Source of the DNA: an uncultured Gammaproteobacteria bacterium
GTDB lineage: Bacteria; Patescibacteriota; Patescibacteriia; UBA1558; 2-01-FULL-52-15
Direction: 5' to 3'
DNA: 64,000 bases
Assembly: GCA_964540995.1 (NCBI GenBank)
Contig: CAZIOU010000001.1
Span: 103,407-167,406, forward strand
The position numbers and the translations under genes were made by a program. Below the pieces are notes generated by a model. It was not told the DNA's origin and did not search any database. It saw only the letters and a list, made by a program, of their open reading frames with translations. This document shows, one piece after another, positions 53,561-63,894 of the stretch. Each line of letters begins with the position of its first letter. Position 1 is the stretch's first letter.

Positions 53561-56008
53561 ATGCCTAAAACTTCTAAAAAGAAGACCAATTTTGAAACTG
53601 CCTTTGCTCAAGAACTAGAGCAGTTAGATCAGTTTCTCTACGATCCCAATGATGCACCAGCTTTGATAGAGCAATCCAACCCACATAATCGGGTGCACGC
53701 CAAACGCAGCTTGAGTAAATTAATAGCCCAAGATGCCGCTGATCAAGTCTATACAACTCCAGCGGCCAGCAAATCTGTTAAAGCTACCGAAGTTTCTCCG
53801 CATGTCACTGATTTGCGCGGCTCGGCTCGCAAGCAGAGGATTATTGCTGAAGGTTTCGATCATCTTGATCGCCCAGCTAAACCGAAGTTTCACTGGCCTC
53901 GAATAGTTAAGTCATCAACTGCGGCACCGCGGATTTCTTTTGATACTCCTGTCAAAAAAGAAGCCAAGCCTCTTGCCAAGAGTCTAGACAACCAGCGTCC
54001 ACCCCAACCTAAGACTCGAATCACTGCCGACGTTAATCCTTGGGCCACATCTTTAGCTTTTGCGGTCGTGGCACTACTTATCATTCTGCCCATCAAATCT
54101 GTCTGGTTCGGCTCACAGTTATTGGCTACTCGTAATGCTCTCATAGCTCAAGGTCAATCGGCCATTTCCCATCTTCAACAGGGAGTTAGTTCGATTTCTT
54201 CGGCTGATTTTCAGAAAGCGGCCTCTAGCTTCGAATCGGCCAACGCTGATTTTCAGAGTATTCGTACGGAAATTGATAGTTACAATCACACATTTATAGC
54301 TGTTACGCAGCAAATTCCATCTATTGGACAGGAATTTGCCTTTAGCACCCAGATACTTACTGTTGGTCAGAATTTATCTCAAGCCGCCGCTATTTTGTCA
54401 GCAGCCGCCAGCAAAGATTTGTCGATTACCGAATCAATTGCCGAGACACGAGAGCGCTTCAAGAATGTCCGTCAGGCCATGATCGAAGCCGATAAAAATA
54501 TAGCCTTAGTGCCTGACGCGTCGATACCAGCTGCTATCAGACCGGCTATCAGCTCGTTCAAAGATAAAGCGCCAGCTATTATCAATGACTTAGAGCGCGG
54601 TGATCGCGTTATGGCCATTGCCTACTCGCTGCTCGGAGGTGACCACTTGTCTCGTCAGCTGATCGTTTTCCAGAATGAACGTGAGTTGCGTCCGACCGGA
54701 GGTTTTATGGGCACCTATGCGGTAGCTGATTTCAACGCGGGCCAGTTGTCCAAATTTAGTTTGCCTGGAGGCGGCACCTACGATGTGGCGGGCGGCTTGA
54801 AATACCGTTTGGTACCGCCCTATGCCCTGCAGCTCATTAGTCCAGTATGGAATCTATGGGATGCTAATTGGTGGCCCGATTTCCCGACATCAGCCAAGAA
54901 AATCGCTTGGTTCTACCAGAAATCTGGCGGCACCACTGTCGATGGAGTGGTTGCTATCAATGCCGGCGCTGTCCAGCATTTGCTAGAAGTGGTCGGTCCT
55001 ATCGATATGCCTGAATATTCGATGACATTGAGTAGTGAAAATTTTTATGATCTCTTACAGGATGAGATTCAAGTTAATTACGACAAGACTACCAACAAAC
55101 CCAAGCAAATTCTGAGCGACTTAACTCCTATTTTGATGGATAAGATCATACAATACCCTGATAAATTGCAAATCGCTGACGTTCTGATATCTGCTTTGGC
55201 TAATCGTGACATTCAGCTGTACTCGCAGCACGAAGATATTCAGAAAGAGATTGATGCTTTGGGCTGGTCAGGCAAACAATACAGTACCGACGGTGATTAT
55301 CTTCAAGTTGTCTCAACCAATGTAGCTGGTGGTAAATCCGATGCTTATATTAAGGAAACCATCGACCATCGGGCCGTTATCAAGAACGATGGCTCAATCG
55401 AAGTAACTACGCGCATAACCAAAACTAACGACGCACCAGCCAGTGACAGTTTGGGGTATATGAATAACGTTGATTATCTTCGCGCTTATGTGCCGGCGGG
55501 CAGCGTCTTATTGGAATCAGGCGGCTGGCAACAACCATCACCCGATCTTTTCAAAACAGTAGTTGCGGGCAGTACGGCCGACGACTATTTGAAAACAGTA
55601 AGTGGTGACATCACTATTGACGATCAATCAGGCACGCGGATCAATCAGGAAAATGGCAAGACGGTTTTTGGCAATTGGATGCAGGTCAAACCTGGACAGA
55701 CGGCTAGCGTCTATTTCCGTTATACCTTGCCGCAACACATCACCATCTCTGATGCTACCGGATCTTTGTTTGTCAATTATTGGAGCCCACACTATCGAGA
55801 GATAGATAGCTATAGCTTCTTGGCTCAAGCTCAATCTGGTAATGACCACGCTACGATTACTCATAGTTTGCTTATCGACCCAGCTTACAAAGTTATCTGG
55901 AGCAGCGCTTTGCCTTCGACCCAATTATCACAAGAGGCCAATAAAGTTAGTTTCGAATTGCCGCTGACGTCAGTGGCTTATCATTCATTATTGCTGGCAG
56001 GCCAATAA
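53561..56008 (+). CDS. large membrane-anchored extracytoplasmic protein (possibly DUF4012-like, polysaccharide-locus associated)
   Basis: 815 aa, a single TM helix about 170 aa into the protein and a long exported C-terminal region. Sits between the GT4 genes and murJ. Family assignment is from memory only. Confidence 0.55.
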   Translation: MPKTSKKKTNFETAFAQELEQLDQFLYDPNDAPALIEQSNPHNRVHAKRSLSKLIAQDAADQVYTTPAASKSVKATEVSPHVTDLRGSARKQRIIAEGFDHLDRPAKPKFHWPRIVKSSTAAPRISFDTPVKKEAKPLAKSLDNQRPPQPKTRITADVNPWATSLAFAVVALLIILPIKSVWFGSQLLATRNALIAQGQSAISHLQQGVSSISSADFQKAASSFESANADFQSIRTEIDSYNHTFIAVTQQIPSIGQEFAFSTQILTVGQNLSQAAAILSAAASKDLSITESIAETRERFKNVRQAMIEADKNIALVPDASIPAAIRPAISSFKDKAPAIINDLERGDRVMAIAYSLLGGDHLSRQLIVFQNERELRPTGGFMGTYAVADFNAGQLSKFSLPGGGTYDVAGGLKYRLVPPYALQLISPVWNLWDANWWPDFPTSAKKIAWFYQKSGGTTVDGVVAINAGAVQHLLEVVGPIDMPEYSMTLSSENFYDLLQDEIQVNYDKTTNKPKQILSDLTPILMDKIIQYPDKLQIADVLISALANRDIQLYSQHEDIQKEIDALGWSGKQYSTDGDYLQVVSTNVAGGKSDAYIKETIDHRAVIKNDGSIEVTTRITKTNDAPASDSLGYMNNVDYLRAYVPAGSVLLESGGWQQPSPDLFKTVVAGSTADDYLKTVSGDITIDDQSGTRINQENGKTVFGNWMQVKPGQTASVYFRYTLPQHITISDATGSLFVNYWSPHYREIDSYSFLAQAQSGNDHATITHSLLIDPAYKVIWSSALPSTQLSQEANKVSFELPLTSVAYHSLLLAGQ

Positions 56009-56011
56009 AGT

Positions 56012-57595
56012 ATGAACAAACTATTCAACCGCTTGAGTAATTCTATCGGCGGAGGCGCTTTGTTGATCGCCTTTTTTTCGCTTATTAGCAAAATCCTCGG
56101 TCTTGTACGTGACCGCTTGCTGGCCAGCAATTTCGGTGCTGGAGCTGACCTTGATGTCTATTTTGCTGCTTTCAAATTACCGGATTTCATTTTCAATATT
56201 TTAATCTTAGGTGCCCTGTCGATGGCTTTTATCCCCATCTTTCAGCGCGTCTTCCGACAAGATGAGAAACAAGGTTATCGCTTAGCTAATTCCGCCTTCA
56301 ATATACTACTAGGGTTAATGGCCGTCCTGACCCTGATCGGATTAGGGGGGACACGTTGGTTGGTGAACTGGATCGTGCCAGGCTTTAGCGCTTCACAGCT
56401 AGAGTCTACGGTACATCTGACTCGCATTATGCTGTTAAGTATACTTTTCTTCACTGCCAGCAATGTCATGAGTGGTATGCTCAATGCCTGGCTCCGCTTC
56501 GTCACATTCTCCATCAGTTCCGTCCTCTATAACGTTGGTATTATAGTCGGTATCGTTTGGTTCTTACCGCGGTGGGGATTGGTTGGTCTGGCTTGGGGAG
56601 TTGTCTTCGGGTCGGCTATGCACTTTGGAATCCAGGCCATCGAAGCCATGATCTACGGCTGGCGTTGGCAACCAATTATTGTCTGGACAGCTGATCTGAA
56701 ACGGATGTTGCAGCTGATGGTTCCTCGGGCTGTCGGATCGGCTGCTTCGCAGATCAATATTGTGGCTATGACTATGATTGCTTCTTGGCTACCGATTGGT
56801 GCCTTGTCGGTGTTTAATCTGGCCAATAATTTACAAAGTTTCCCGGCTGGCCTTTTTGGAATTTCTCTGGCAGTAGCTAGTTTCCCGCACATTACCAAGC
56901 ATGCTCATGATCGCAATTACGCTGCTTTTGAGAAAATATTCTCCTTACAATTTAGACGTATATTGTACGTCATTATTCCAGCTTCCATCATACTAATTGT
57001 CGAGCGTGCTCATATTGTCCGCGTCATTCTCGGCAGCGGATCGTTTGATTGGTCAGATACTATTCTAACTGCCAACGTCTTAGGAGTATTTGCTATCTCT
57101 ATCTTTGCTCAAGGTCTTATCCCACTGGTCAGCTTGGGGTTTTACGCTCATGAGGATACCAAATCACCGGTTATCATTTCTTTGATCACCACGGCAATAA
57201 ATATTGGTCTGGCCTTTGCCCTTTCGCAGCATTATGGCGTACTTGGCTTGACGGCAGCATTTAGCCTCGCTACTATTGTAAACCTGCTGCTTTTGGTAGC
57301 TATTTTCAAGGCTAAGATCGGCCATCTCAATGAACATGAGCTCGTCAGAGCTTCGCTGCGCATCGCAGGGGCCTCTCTGGTGGCCGGAGCCGTTAGTTAT
57401 GTATCATTACGGCTATTCGTGCATTTGATCGATCAAAGAACCTTTCTAGGCATCCTACTACAAGGTTCTCTATCAGGTCTGGCTGGCATCGCCGTTTATA
57501 TCGCTATTTCAGTTATCTGGAGTTTCCCTGAAATCGAAGTGCTTCGTGAGTATGTCACACGTTTCTTACGCAAAGCAGGATTAAAGAAATCATGA
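56012..57595 (+). CDS. murJ: lipid II flippase MurJ
   Basis: N-terminus SKILGLVRDRLLASNFGAGADLDVYFAAFKLPDFIFNILILGALSMAFIPIF matches MurJ/MviN. 14 helices. Confidence 0.85.
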   Translation: MNKLFNRLSNSIGGGALLIAFFSLISKILGLVRDRLLASNFGAGADLDVYFAAFKLPDFIFNILILGALSMAFIPIFQRVFRQDEKQGYRLANSAFNILLGLMAVLTLIGLGGTRWLVNWIVPGFSASQLESTVHLTRIMLLSILFFTASNVMSGMLNAWLRFVTFSISSVLYNVGIIVGIVWFLPRWGLVGLAWGVVFGSAMHFGIQAIEAMIYGWRWQPIIVWTADLKRMLQLMVPRAVGSAASQINIVAMTMIASWLPIGALSVFNLANNLQSFPAGLFGISLAVASFPHITKHAHDRNYAAFEKIFSLQFRRILYVIIPASIILIVERAHIVRVILGSGSFDWSDTILTANVLGVFAISIFAQGLIPLVSLGFYAHEDTKSPVIISLITTAINIGLAFALSQHYGVLGLTAAFSLATIVNLLLLVAIFKAKIGHLNEHELVRASLRIAGASLVAGAVSYVSLRLFVHLIDQRTFLGILLQGSLSGLAGIAVYIAISVIWSFPEIEVLREYVTRFLRKAGLKKS

Positions 57596-59358
57596 ACCAA
57601 ATTCGCAATTTTTGTATCATCGCTCATATCGACCATGGTAAATCTACCTTGGCCGATCGTTTTATAGAAACTACTGGCACCGTAGCGAGCCGTGATATGC
57701 GCGCTCAACTTCTTGACTCGATGGATCTAGAGCGTGAGAAAGGCATCACCATCAAGTTGCAACCGGTGACCATGAATTGGAAGAATCACGAATTAAATCT
57801 GATCGATACACCAGGACATGTGGATTTTAATTATGAAGTTTCGCGATCTCTGGCAGCTGTCGAAGGTGCGGTACTTCTGGTTGACGCCACGCAAGGCATT
57901 CAAGCACAGACACTATCCAATTTGTTCTTAGCATTAGAACAGAATTTAACGATCATTCCGGTTATTAATAAGATTGATCTGCCAGCAGCCGATGTACCAG
58001 CGGCCAAACAAGAACTAGTATCACTGCTCGGCTGTGAAGAGAAGGACATTCTCTTAATCTCCGCCAAGACAGGAGAGGGCGTGACAGCTCTATTGGACGC
58101 CATCTTAGAGCGAGTCCCCGCACCGCAGCCACAATCAGAAGCGCGGGCACTGATTTTTGACTCAGTGTATAACGAATTTAAAGGCATTATCATCTATGTC
58201 CGTCTGTTCGGTGGCAGCTTGAAAGCCGGTGATTCAATTACCTTCGTATCCAACCAACAACAAGCGGAAATCCTTGAAGTCGGTCGGCTCAAACCACGAA
58301 TGCAAGCAGCTTCCAAGCTGGAAGCGGGGGAGATTGGCTATGTTATTAGTAATGTCAAGAAGATTGAATTGGCTCGTGTCGGTGATACCGTCACATTAAC
58401 CTCCGAACCAACACAAGAACCTTTGGCGGGATTCAAAGATGTTAAACCAATGGTCTACGCCGGAATATTTCCCGAAGACGGCGCTGATTACAATCATTTA
58501 CGCGATGCCCTGCATAAGCTGAAGCTCAATGACGCTAGTTTACAATTTGAAGTGGAGAATTCTACCGTCTTGGGATTTGGCTTCCGTTGCGGTTTCCTCG
58601 GTCTATTACATTTGGAAATATTTCAAGAACGTTTGTTGCGTGAATTTGATGTTCGGATCATTGTTACCGCACCATCGGTGGCTTATAATGTGCGACTACG
58701 TTCGGGCCAAGAACAGATAGTCACCTCGCCATCACTATTGCCCGATGTCAGTGCTATTGAAGAAATCCTCGAGCCGACAGTGATCATTAATGTCCTCATG
58801 CCCAAAGAATATATGGGTCCTGTCATGGATTATATTGCTCGCCTGCATTCGACTTTGAAAAATACTACTTTCCTTGATGAGCGACGTTTATTACTACAAT
58901 ACCATCTGCCCTTGAGCCAGATCCTGACTGATTTCTACGATAAGATCAAAAATATCTCTTCGGGCTATGCGTCCTACAATTATGAACTGTCAGAATATCA
59001 AGTTTGTGACGTGGTAAAATTGGATTTGATGGTGGCGGAGGAGTATGTGCCGGCTTTGACAACGATTGTTTACCGTGAAGACGCTTTTCGGGTTGGCAAA
59101 CATATCGTCAACAAACTAAAAGAATTGATTCCGAAGAAACAATTCGTTATTAAGTTGCAGGCAACTATTGGTGGCAAGATTATCGCGTCCGAACGTATCG
59201 CCGCTTTGCGCAAAGATGTTACCGCTGGTCTCTATGGCGGAGATGTAACACGCAAAAGAAAATTGCTCGAAAAACAGAAAAAAGGAAAGAAGAAGATGAT
59301 GGCCGAGGGCAAAGTTGAAATCCCTACCAAAGCCTATTTGTCACTACTTGAACGCTAA
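57592..59358 (+). CDS. lepA: elongation factor 4 (LepA)
   Basis: IRNFCIIAHIDHGKSTLADR G1 motif, DTPGHVDF, NKIDLP. The C-terminal LepA-specific domain is present. Confidence 0.9.
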   Translation: MNQIRNFCIIAHIDHGKSTLADRFIETTGTVASRDMRAQLLDSMDLEREKGITIKLQPVTMNWKNHELNLIDTPGHVDFNYEVSRSLAAVEGAVLLVDATQGIQAQTLSNLFLALEQNLTIIPVINKIDLPAADVPAAKQELVSLLGCEEKDILLISAKTGEGVTALLDAILERVPAPQPQSEARALIFDSVYNEFKGIIIYVRLFGGSLKAGDSITFVSNQQQAEILEVGRLKPRMQAASKLEAGEIGYVISNVKKIELARVGDTVTLTSEPTQEPLAGFKDVKPMVYAGIFPEDGADYNHLRDALHKLKLNDASLQFEVENSTVLGFGFRCGFLGLLHLEIFQERLLREFDVRIIVTAPSVAYNVRLRSGQEQIVTSPSLLPDVSAIEEILEPTVIINVLMPKEYMGPVMDYIARLHSTLKNTTFLDERRLLLQYHLPLSQILTDFYDKIKNISSGYASYNYELSEYQVCDVVKLDLMVAEEYVPALTTIVYREDAFRVGKHIVNKLKELIPKKQFVIKLQATIGGKIIASERIAALRKDVTAGLYGGDVTRKRKLLEKQKKGKKKMMAEGKVEIPTKAYLSLLER

Positions 59359-59517
59359 ATTAATTGAGCCGTTCCGACAGTCATAATAATCATGGAGGCG
59401 ATGACCATGACAGATACTATGACCCAGACCCATTTGATAATTTTTTTACTTTGTTTCATATTCTCTTTTTTCGGCTTTGACATTATAATACCAGTATCAT
59501 CCAAAAAATAACATACC

Positions 59518-59871
59518 ATGGTCTCTAAACTTCTACGATCTCGCATATTTCTGGCTATAATTGTGGTAATTTTCATTATCAGTAGCTTTGAATTGATCAA
59601 TGAAGTCGGTCGCCGCTACAAATTCGATCAGCAAATCAAGCAACAACAGAAGCAAATCGAAACTTTGCAGCAACAAAACGGTGATCTAAGCAATCTGATA
59701 CAATATCTCAATACCAATCAATTTGTGGAGGAAGAGGCGCGTAAGAAATTGGGTTTGAGCAAAAGTGGTGAATCAGTGGTAGTATTTCCATCAACTTCGA
59801 CGGCACCAGTAGCGACTTCGAGTACTAGCCAATCACATGTGAGCATGTGGTGGAACTATTTCTTTCAATGA
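59518..59871 (+). CDS. ftsB: septum formation initiator FtsB/DivIC-family protein
   Basis: Short cytoplasmic tail, one TM helix, Q-rich coiled coil, then EEEARKKLGLSKSGESVVVF. Confidence 0.6.
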   Translation: MVSKLLRSRIFLAIIVVIFIISSFELINEVGRRYKFDQQIKQQQKQIETLQQQNGDLSNLIQYLNTNQFVEEEARKKLGLSKSGESVVVFPSTSTAPVATSSTSQSHVSMWWNYFFQ

Positions 59872-60695
59872 TCACACGTTTGGTCGCTGCTCTCGTGGGT
59901 GTTCATCTATTGCTGTTAGTACTCTGGTACAGCGGCCTATGGATGCCAGACTACAGTTGGAAGTTGGTGGCTTGGCTGCAATTACCAGTGGCTCGTATCA
60001 GCGGCGTGACGGTGACCGCTGACGAATACTTAGCTGACAAGCAATCTATAACACGCGTCAACACCGCCGAAGCCTATACCGACCAACAGAAACACGAGAT
60101 GCTGTGGCAGAAGCTGCAAGATGAATATTTCATCGACTCTCTGGCAGCGCAATTGCAGATTCAGATTAGCCCCGCCGTCAGGCAGCAATTAGTAGTTAAG
60201 ACACAAGAGCAGTTTCAGTCACAAGATACATCAACCTTGGGCTATACCAATGAACAATTTATTGATCGTGTTATGATTCCTTGGTATCGTGAGCAGACGG
60301 TACGTCGTAACTTGATGGACAGAGTACCCAACCCTGACAAACGGGCGTTGGAAGCAGCCGTAGAGACGATCAGGGCCCATAGTGATCAGCTCGACACTCA
60401 AGCCAAATCTCTGGCAACTACCTATCAGACATCGTTGCCCGTGGAACGAGTTGCCGGTGCCGATGATCTCATTGGTCCATATTCGGTCGTTCGAACTTTG
60501 GCCGTGGGGCAGGTGAGCCCTGTCATTAGTGATAACGACGGCTATCACGCCTTCATCATCAAAGACAAGATCAACGAAGCAGGAGTTACTACTTGGAGGT
60601 TACAAGAACTTTTCGTCCCTAGCATGACCGATCAAATATTTATCAATCAACTCAAACCCAAAGTTAGAACAGAATTATTTATCCGTAATTTATAA
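59847..60695 (+). CDS. membrane-anchored parvulin-like peptidyl-prolyl isomerase (SurA/PrsA-like)
   Basis: N-terminal TM helix. C-terminal block VSPVISDNDGYHAFIIKDK resembles the parvulin motif. Confidence 0.5.
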   Translation: MVELFLSMITRLVAALVGVHLLLLVLWYSGLWMPDYSWKLVAWLQLPVARISGVTVTADEYLADKQSITRVNTAEAYTDQQKHEMLWQKLQDEYFIDSLAAQLQIQISPAVRQQLVVKTQEQFQSQDTSTLGYTNEQFIDRVMIPWYREQTVRRNLMDRVPNPDKRALEAAVETIRAHSDQLDTQAKSLATTYQTSLPVERVAGADDLIGPYSVVRTLAVGQVSPVISDNDGYHAFIIKDKINEAGVTTWRLQELFVPSMTDQIFINQLKPKVRTELFIRNL

Positions 60696-60723
60696 TGTCT
60701 AGAAATACAAAAACACAAACTTC

Positions 60724-60799
60724 TGGAGCCGATGGTCGGAATCGAACCGACGACCTCTGCTTTACGAAAGCATTGCTCTACCAGCTGAGCTACATCGGC
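60724..60799 (-). tRNA. tRNA-Thr (anticodon CGU), CCA encoded
   Basis: Reverse complement GCCGATGTAGCTCAGCTGGTAGAGCAATGCTTTCGTAAAGCAGAGGTCGTCGGTTCGATTCCGACCATCGGCTCCA folds as a cloverleaf with anticodon loop ttCGTaa. Confidence 0.85.
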
Positions 60800-60808
60800 G
60801 CAAGAAGT

Positions 60809-61810
60809 TTGCGTTATTTAGTCTGTTTGCTTATTTTGGCGGGATTTGGATTACAGCAGACCGAAGCAATGATCATCCAAGTCGATACTCAAGGTAATAT
60901 TCCTAGCCAAATTAGTCAAGGCATCGCTGTCACCGTCAGTTCTCCGACTGGCGAACCGGCGACTATTGATTGGTCAGAGGACGCGACTGCCGTCTACGTA
61001 TCTATCCTCCCGTTAAATAGCGATTTGACTACCACTGTTAGTGCTCCATCAGCCATTCGACTAATCAATCCACAGTACGCTTGGATCGGGGATAGCTTCC
61101 AAACCACTAACCACATCCTGTCTTTTTGGAAGAAGAAACCCAAGGTGCAAGGTACTAAGAAGAATCCCTATCTGCCCGATCCGACTTTGGTTCCTGATAG
61201 CGATGGACGCTATAAACAAATGATTGATGGTTTGACACTGTCGTCAAGCCAGAAAGTCGCAACGGTTACTGCCAGCAGCAATATGAATGCTTATCCCAAT
61301 GAGTCCTTGGACTTAGTATCGAAAGCTTATGAAATTTCTAATCCTCAGAATCTTCCGTTGATACTGAATATCGGGTATACTGATAGCAGTAATCGCGGCA
61401 AGAAATTGTATTATTTCCAACCCGATAGTCTGCAGTGGTTACCGATGCCGACCTCAGTTGATGGCCGAGCCAAACGAGCAACAGGTTACACCTCACAGGA
61501 TCAGCTGACAGTTGCCGTCTTCGCTGATCAAGCGGTGATACAAGGATTGGCCAGCTGGTACGATCAATCGCGTTACCGTAGCTTCCACTACCAAGGTGGT
61601 AATTTCGCTGCTAGTCGGACACTACCCAAAGGCACCCAAGTGAAAGTTACTCGTGTCAAAACTGGTAAGAGTATAGTAGTGACCATCAATGATTGGGGAC
61701 CAGAAGAACATACTGGCCGTATACTCGATCTCGAGAAGCAAGCTTACGCTCAATTAGCTAGCACCGGTTCTGGCGAAATGACCATCACATTAGAAGTTAT
61801 CAATGGTTAA
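60809..61810 (+). CDS. RlpA-like double-psi beta-barrel protein (secreted)
   Basis: C-terminal DPBB block QGLASWYDQSRYRSFHYQGGNFAASRTLPKGTQVKVTRVKTGKSIVVTINDWGPEEHTGRILDL. The TTG at 60809 is proposed as start: it yields a signal peptide (RYLVCLLILAGFGLQQTEA) and avoids the antisense tRNA. ATG 60869 is the alternative. Confidence 0.6.
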   Translation: MRYLVCLLILAGFGLQQTEAMIIQVDTQGNIPSQISQGIAVTVSSPTGEPATIDWSEDATAVYVSILPLNSDLTTTVSAPSAIRLINPQYAWIGDSFQTTNHILSFWKKKPKVQGTKKNPYLPDPTLVPDSDGRYKQMIDGLTLSSSQKVATVTASSNMNAYPNESLDLVSKAYEISNPQNLPLILNIGYTDSSNRGKKLYYFQPDSLQWLPMPTSVDGRAKRATGYTSQDQLTVAVFADQAVIQGLASWYDQSRYRSFHYQGGNFAASRTLPKGTQVKVTRVKTGKSIVVTINDWGPEEHTGRILDLEKQAYAQLASTGSGEMTITLEVING

Positions 61811-62483
61811 AGTACATAAAGTTTCCAAATCCTATCCCGGCAAAATCGTAGCTCTTAGAGACGTCAGCTTTGGGATTGAACCAGGTGAATTTGTCTCTAT
61901 CGTAGGACAGAGCGGTGCTGGCAAATCAACCTTGATCAAGATGTTGATTGCCGAAGAGCATCCTACCAGCGGTACGATTGAGATCGGAGGTTGGGATATT
62001 ACCCATATCAAACAGTCAGAGATTCCTGATCTACGTAAACAGATTGGCGTAGTCTTCCAAGATTTCAAATTATTACCCAAGAAAACTGTTTACGAAAATA
62101 TTGCCTTCGCCCTGGAAGTCAGCGGTGTCAAAGACCATGAAATATCGGTCACCATCCCCAAAATTTTAAAGATGGTTAATCTGGTCGACAAATCTGATCG
62201 TTATCCGCATCAACTATCCGGTGGAGAACAACAGCGCGTGGTTATCGCTCGTAGTCTGATCCACAAACCCAAGCTACTGGTAGCCGATGAACCAACGGGG
62301 AATCTCGACGCTATCAACAGCCGAGATATTATCGACGTCCTGAAGCAAATCAATGACCTCGGTACTACCGTCATCTTGGTGACGCACAATCGCGAGATTG
62401 TGAACGCTTTGAAACAACGCGTCTTGACGATTGAGCACGGAGAATTAATTAGCGACCAGAAGAAAGGTAAATATTTACTCTAA
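61803..62483 (+). CDS. ftsE: cell division ATP-binding protein FtsE
   Basis: Walker A GQSGAGKST, ABC signature LSGGEQQR and Walker B LLVADE. Confidence 0.9.
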   Translation: MVKVHKVSKSYPGKIVALRDVSFGIEPGEFVSIVGQSGAGKSTLIKMLIAEEHPTSGTIEIGGWDITHIKQSEIPDLRKQIGVVFQDFKLLPKKTVYENIAFALEVSGVKDHEISVTIPKILKMVNLVDKSDRYPHQLSGGEQQRVVIARSLIHKPKLLVADEPTGNLDAINSRDIIDVLKQINDLGTTVILVTHNREIVNALKQRVLTIEHGELISDQKKGKYLL

Positions 62484-62484
62484 T

Positions 62485-63390
62485 ATGCATTCTTTCGCTC
62501 GCATCCTACGTTTCGCTATCCAGAATTTCATGAGAAATGCCTGGCTGTCGGTAGTTACCATCTCAGTGCTGGTCATTTGTCTGATCGCTGTTAATGTCAT
62601 GATCTCGGTCGGTTATATCAAGGGTATCTTGCTGTCAGCTGTCTATGATCGAGTCAATGTGACGGTTAACCTCAATAAAGGTATTGGTGCTGATGAAGTA
62701 CAATCGATTGCTGACGATCTCAATAAACAACCCAAGATTGCCAATATCACCGTGGTAACACCCGAGGAGAGTCTGGCTGACTTTAAACTTCGTTTCCCTG
62801 ATGAGAGTAGGGCTATCTTACCGGTGCTCGATGGTAACCCGTTGAGCTTTAAACTGAAGATCCGCATGACTGATCTTAGTGACTACGCCAATATCCTGAC
62901 CTATCTCAAACAAGCTACCTACAAAGATAAGATTCAAAGCCAAAATTTCAACGATTACCGTACTTTTATCCAGCAAGCGGTAGCCGTCAGTGACAACGTC
63001 AATAAGATTGCATTCGGCATTGCCTTGTTATTCCTAGCACTCGGAGTACTGGTGGTGATCAATACTATCCGTGTCAGTATCTATACCCAGCGAGAAGAAG
63101 TGGGCATCATGAAGCTCGTCGGAGCGACCAATTGGTTTGTGCAAGCACCTTTCTTGGTGGAATCAGTTTTCTACAGCCTGACAGCGGTTTTGATCAGCTT
63201 CATTATCATCTATCCGTTGCTACAACTATTTTCAGCTTCTCCCTGGCTCATCTTTGGTGGTTTGCATTTTAATCTGATCGGTTTCTACCAGCGCGATTTC
63301 TGGTTACTGTTTGCGGGACAGTTTGTCGGACTGGTCATCATCAATGGAATTAGTTCCTATCTTGCCCTGCGGCGTTACCTCAAGATTTAA
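62485..63390 (+). CDS. ftsX: cell division permease-like protein FtsX
   Basis: N-terminal TM, a periplasmic domain, then a three-helix C-terminal FtsX region. Directly after ftsE. Confidence 0.8.
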   Translation: MHSFARILRFAIQNFMRNAWLSVVTISVLVICLIAVNVMISVGYIKGILLSAVYDRVNVTVNLNKGIGADEVQSIADDLNKQPKIANITVVTPEESLADFKLRFPDESRAILPVLDGNPLSFKLKIRMTDLSDYANILTYLKQATYKDKIQSQNFNDYRTFIQQAVAVSDNVNKIAFGIALLFLALGVLVVINTIRVSIYTQREEVGIMKLVGATNWFVQAPFLVESVFYSLTAVLISFIIIYPLLQLFSASPWLIFGGLHFNLIGFYQRDFWLLFAGQFVGLVIINGISSYLALRRYLKI

Positions 63391-63394
63391 TCTA

Positions 63395-63436
63395 AAACAA
63401 AAACACCGCTTTCATCCGAGAGCGGTGTTTCTTATT
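63395..63436. terminator. bidirectional hairpin terminator between ftsX and rpmA
   Basis: 10-bp stem aaacaccgct/agcggtgttt with A-rich and T-rich flanks. Confidence 0.6.
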
Positions 63437-63707
63437 ATTTGACGTCTACGTAGGTCAGTCTCTTGAGGGTGCCGTCGAAGCGACGACGCTTGAGACTGCG
63501 GAAGGAAACTTCACCGGGCTTCACAGCGTAGATAGTATCATCGTTACCGCGAGCAACATTGAGTCCCGGACGGAACTTGGTGCCACGTTGGCGAATGATG
63601 ATAGAACCACTGTTGGCCTTCTGTCCCGCGAATAGCTTCACGCCCAATCGTTGAGCATTAGAGTCGCGGCCTAGAGTAGTAGAGCCTTGGGCTTTCTTAT
63701 GTGCCAT
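63435..63707 (-). CDS. rpmA: 50S ribosomal protein L27
   Basis: [29 protein letters not shown]... is the canonical L27 sequence. Confidence 0.9.
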   Translation of the reverse strand: MAHKKAQGSTTLGRDSNAQRLGVKLFAGQKANSGSIIIRQRGTKFRPGLNVARGNDDTIYAVKPGEVSFRSLKRRRFDGTLKRLTYVDVK

Positions 63708-63820
63708 GTAAGTTTTAAGTTTTAGTTGTAAGTTCCCAGCCTTCGGTGGGACTAAATTCAGTACTCAGCAAGCATTTTTACATCAATTGCTTATCTTGTC
63801 AAGCTTGGGCTCGTTATCTA

Positions 63821-63849
63821 TTGACAAAGCTATAGCTATATAGTATATA
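63821..63849 (+). promoter_or_regulatory. sigma70-like promoter TTGACA-17-TATATA
   Basis: Consensus -35 at 63821-63826 and -10 at 63844-63849, 46 nt upstream of the GTG at 63895. Confidence 0.5.
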
Positions 63850-63894
63850 TCACAAATCATCTGTTGTTCGTTTCATTCTAGCCCAGGAGGTTAT

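Noticed and set aside
59355-59600. 81-aa minus-strand ORF between lepA and ftsB
   Set aside because: It overlaps the lepA stop and the ftsB start, and has no RBS. The region better explained as the ftsB promoter region.
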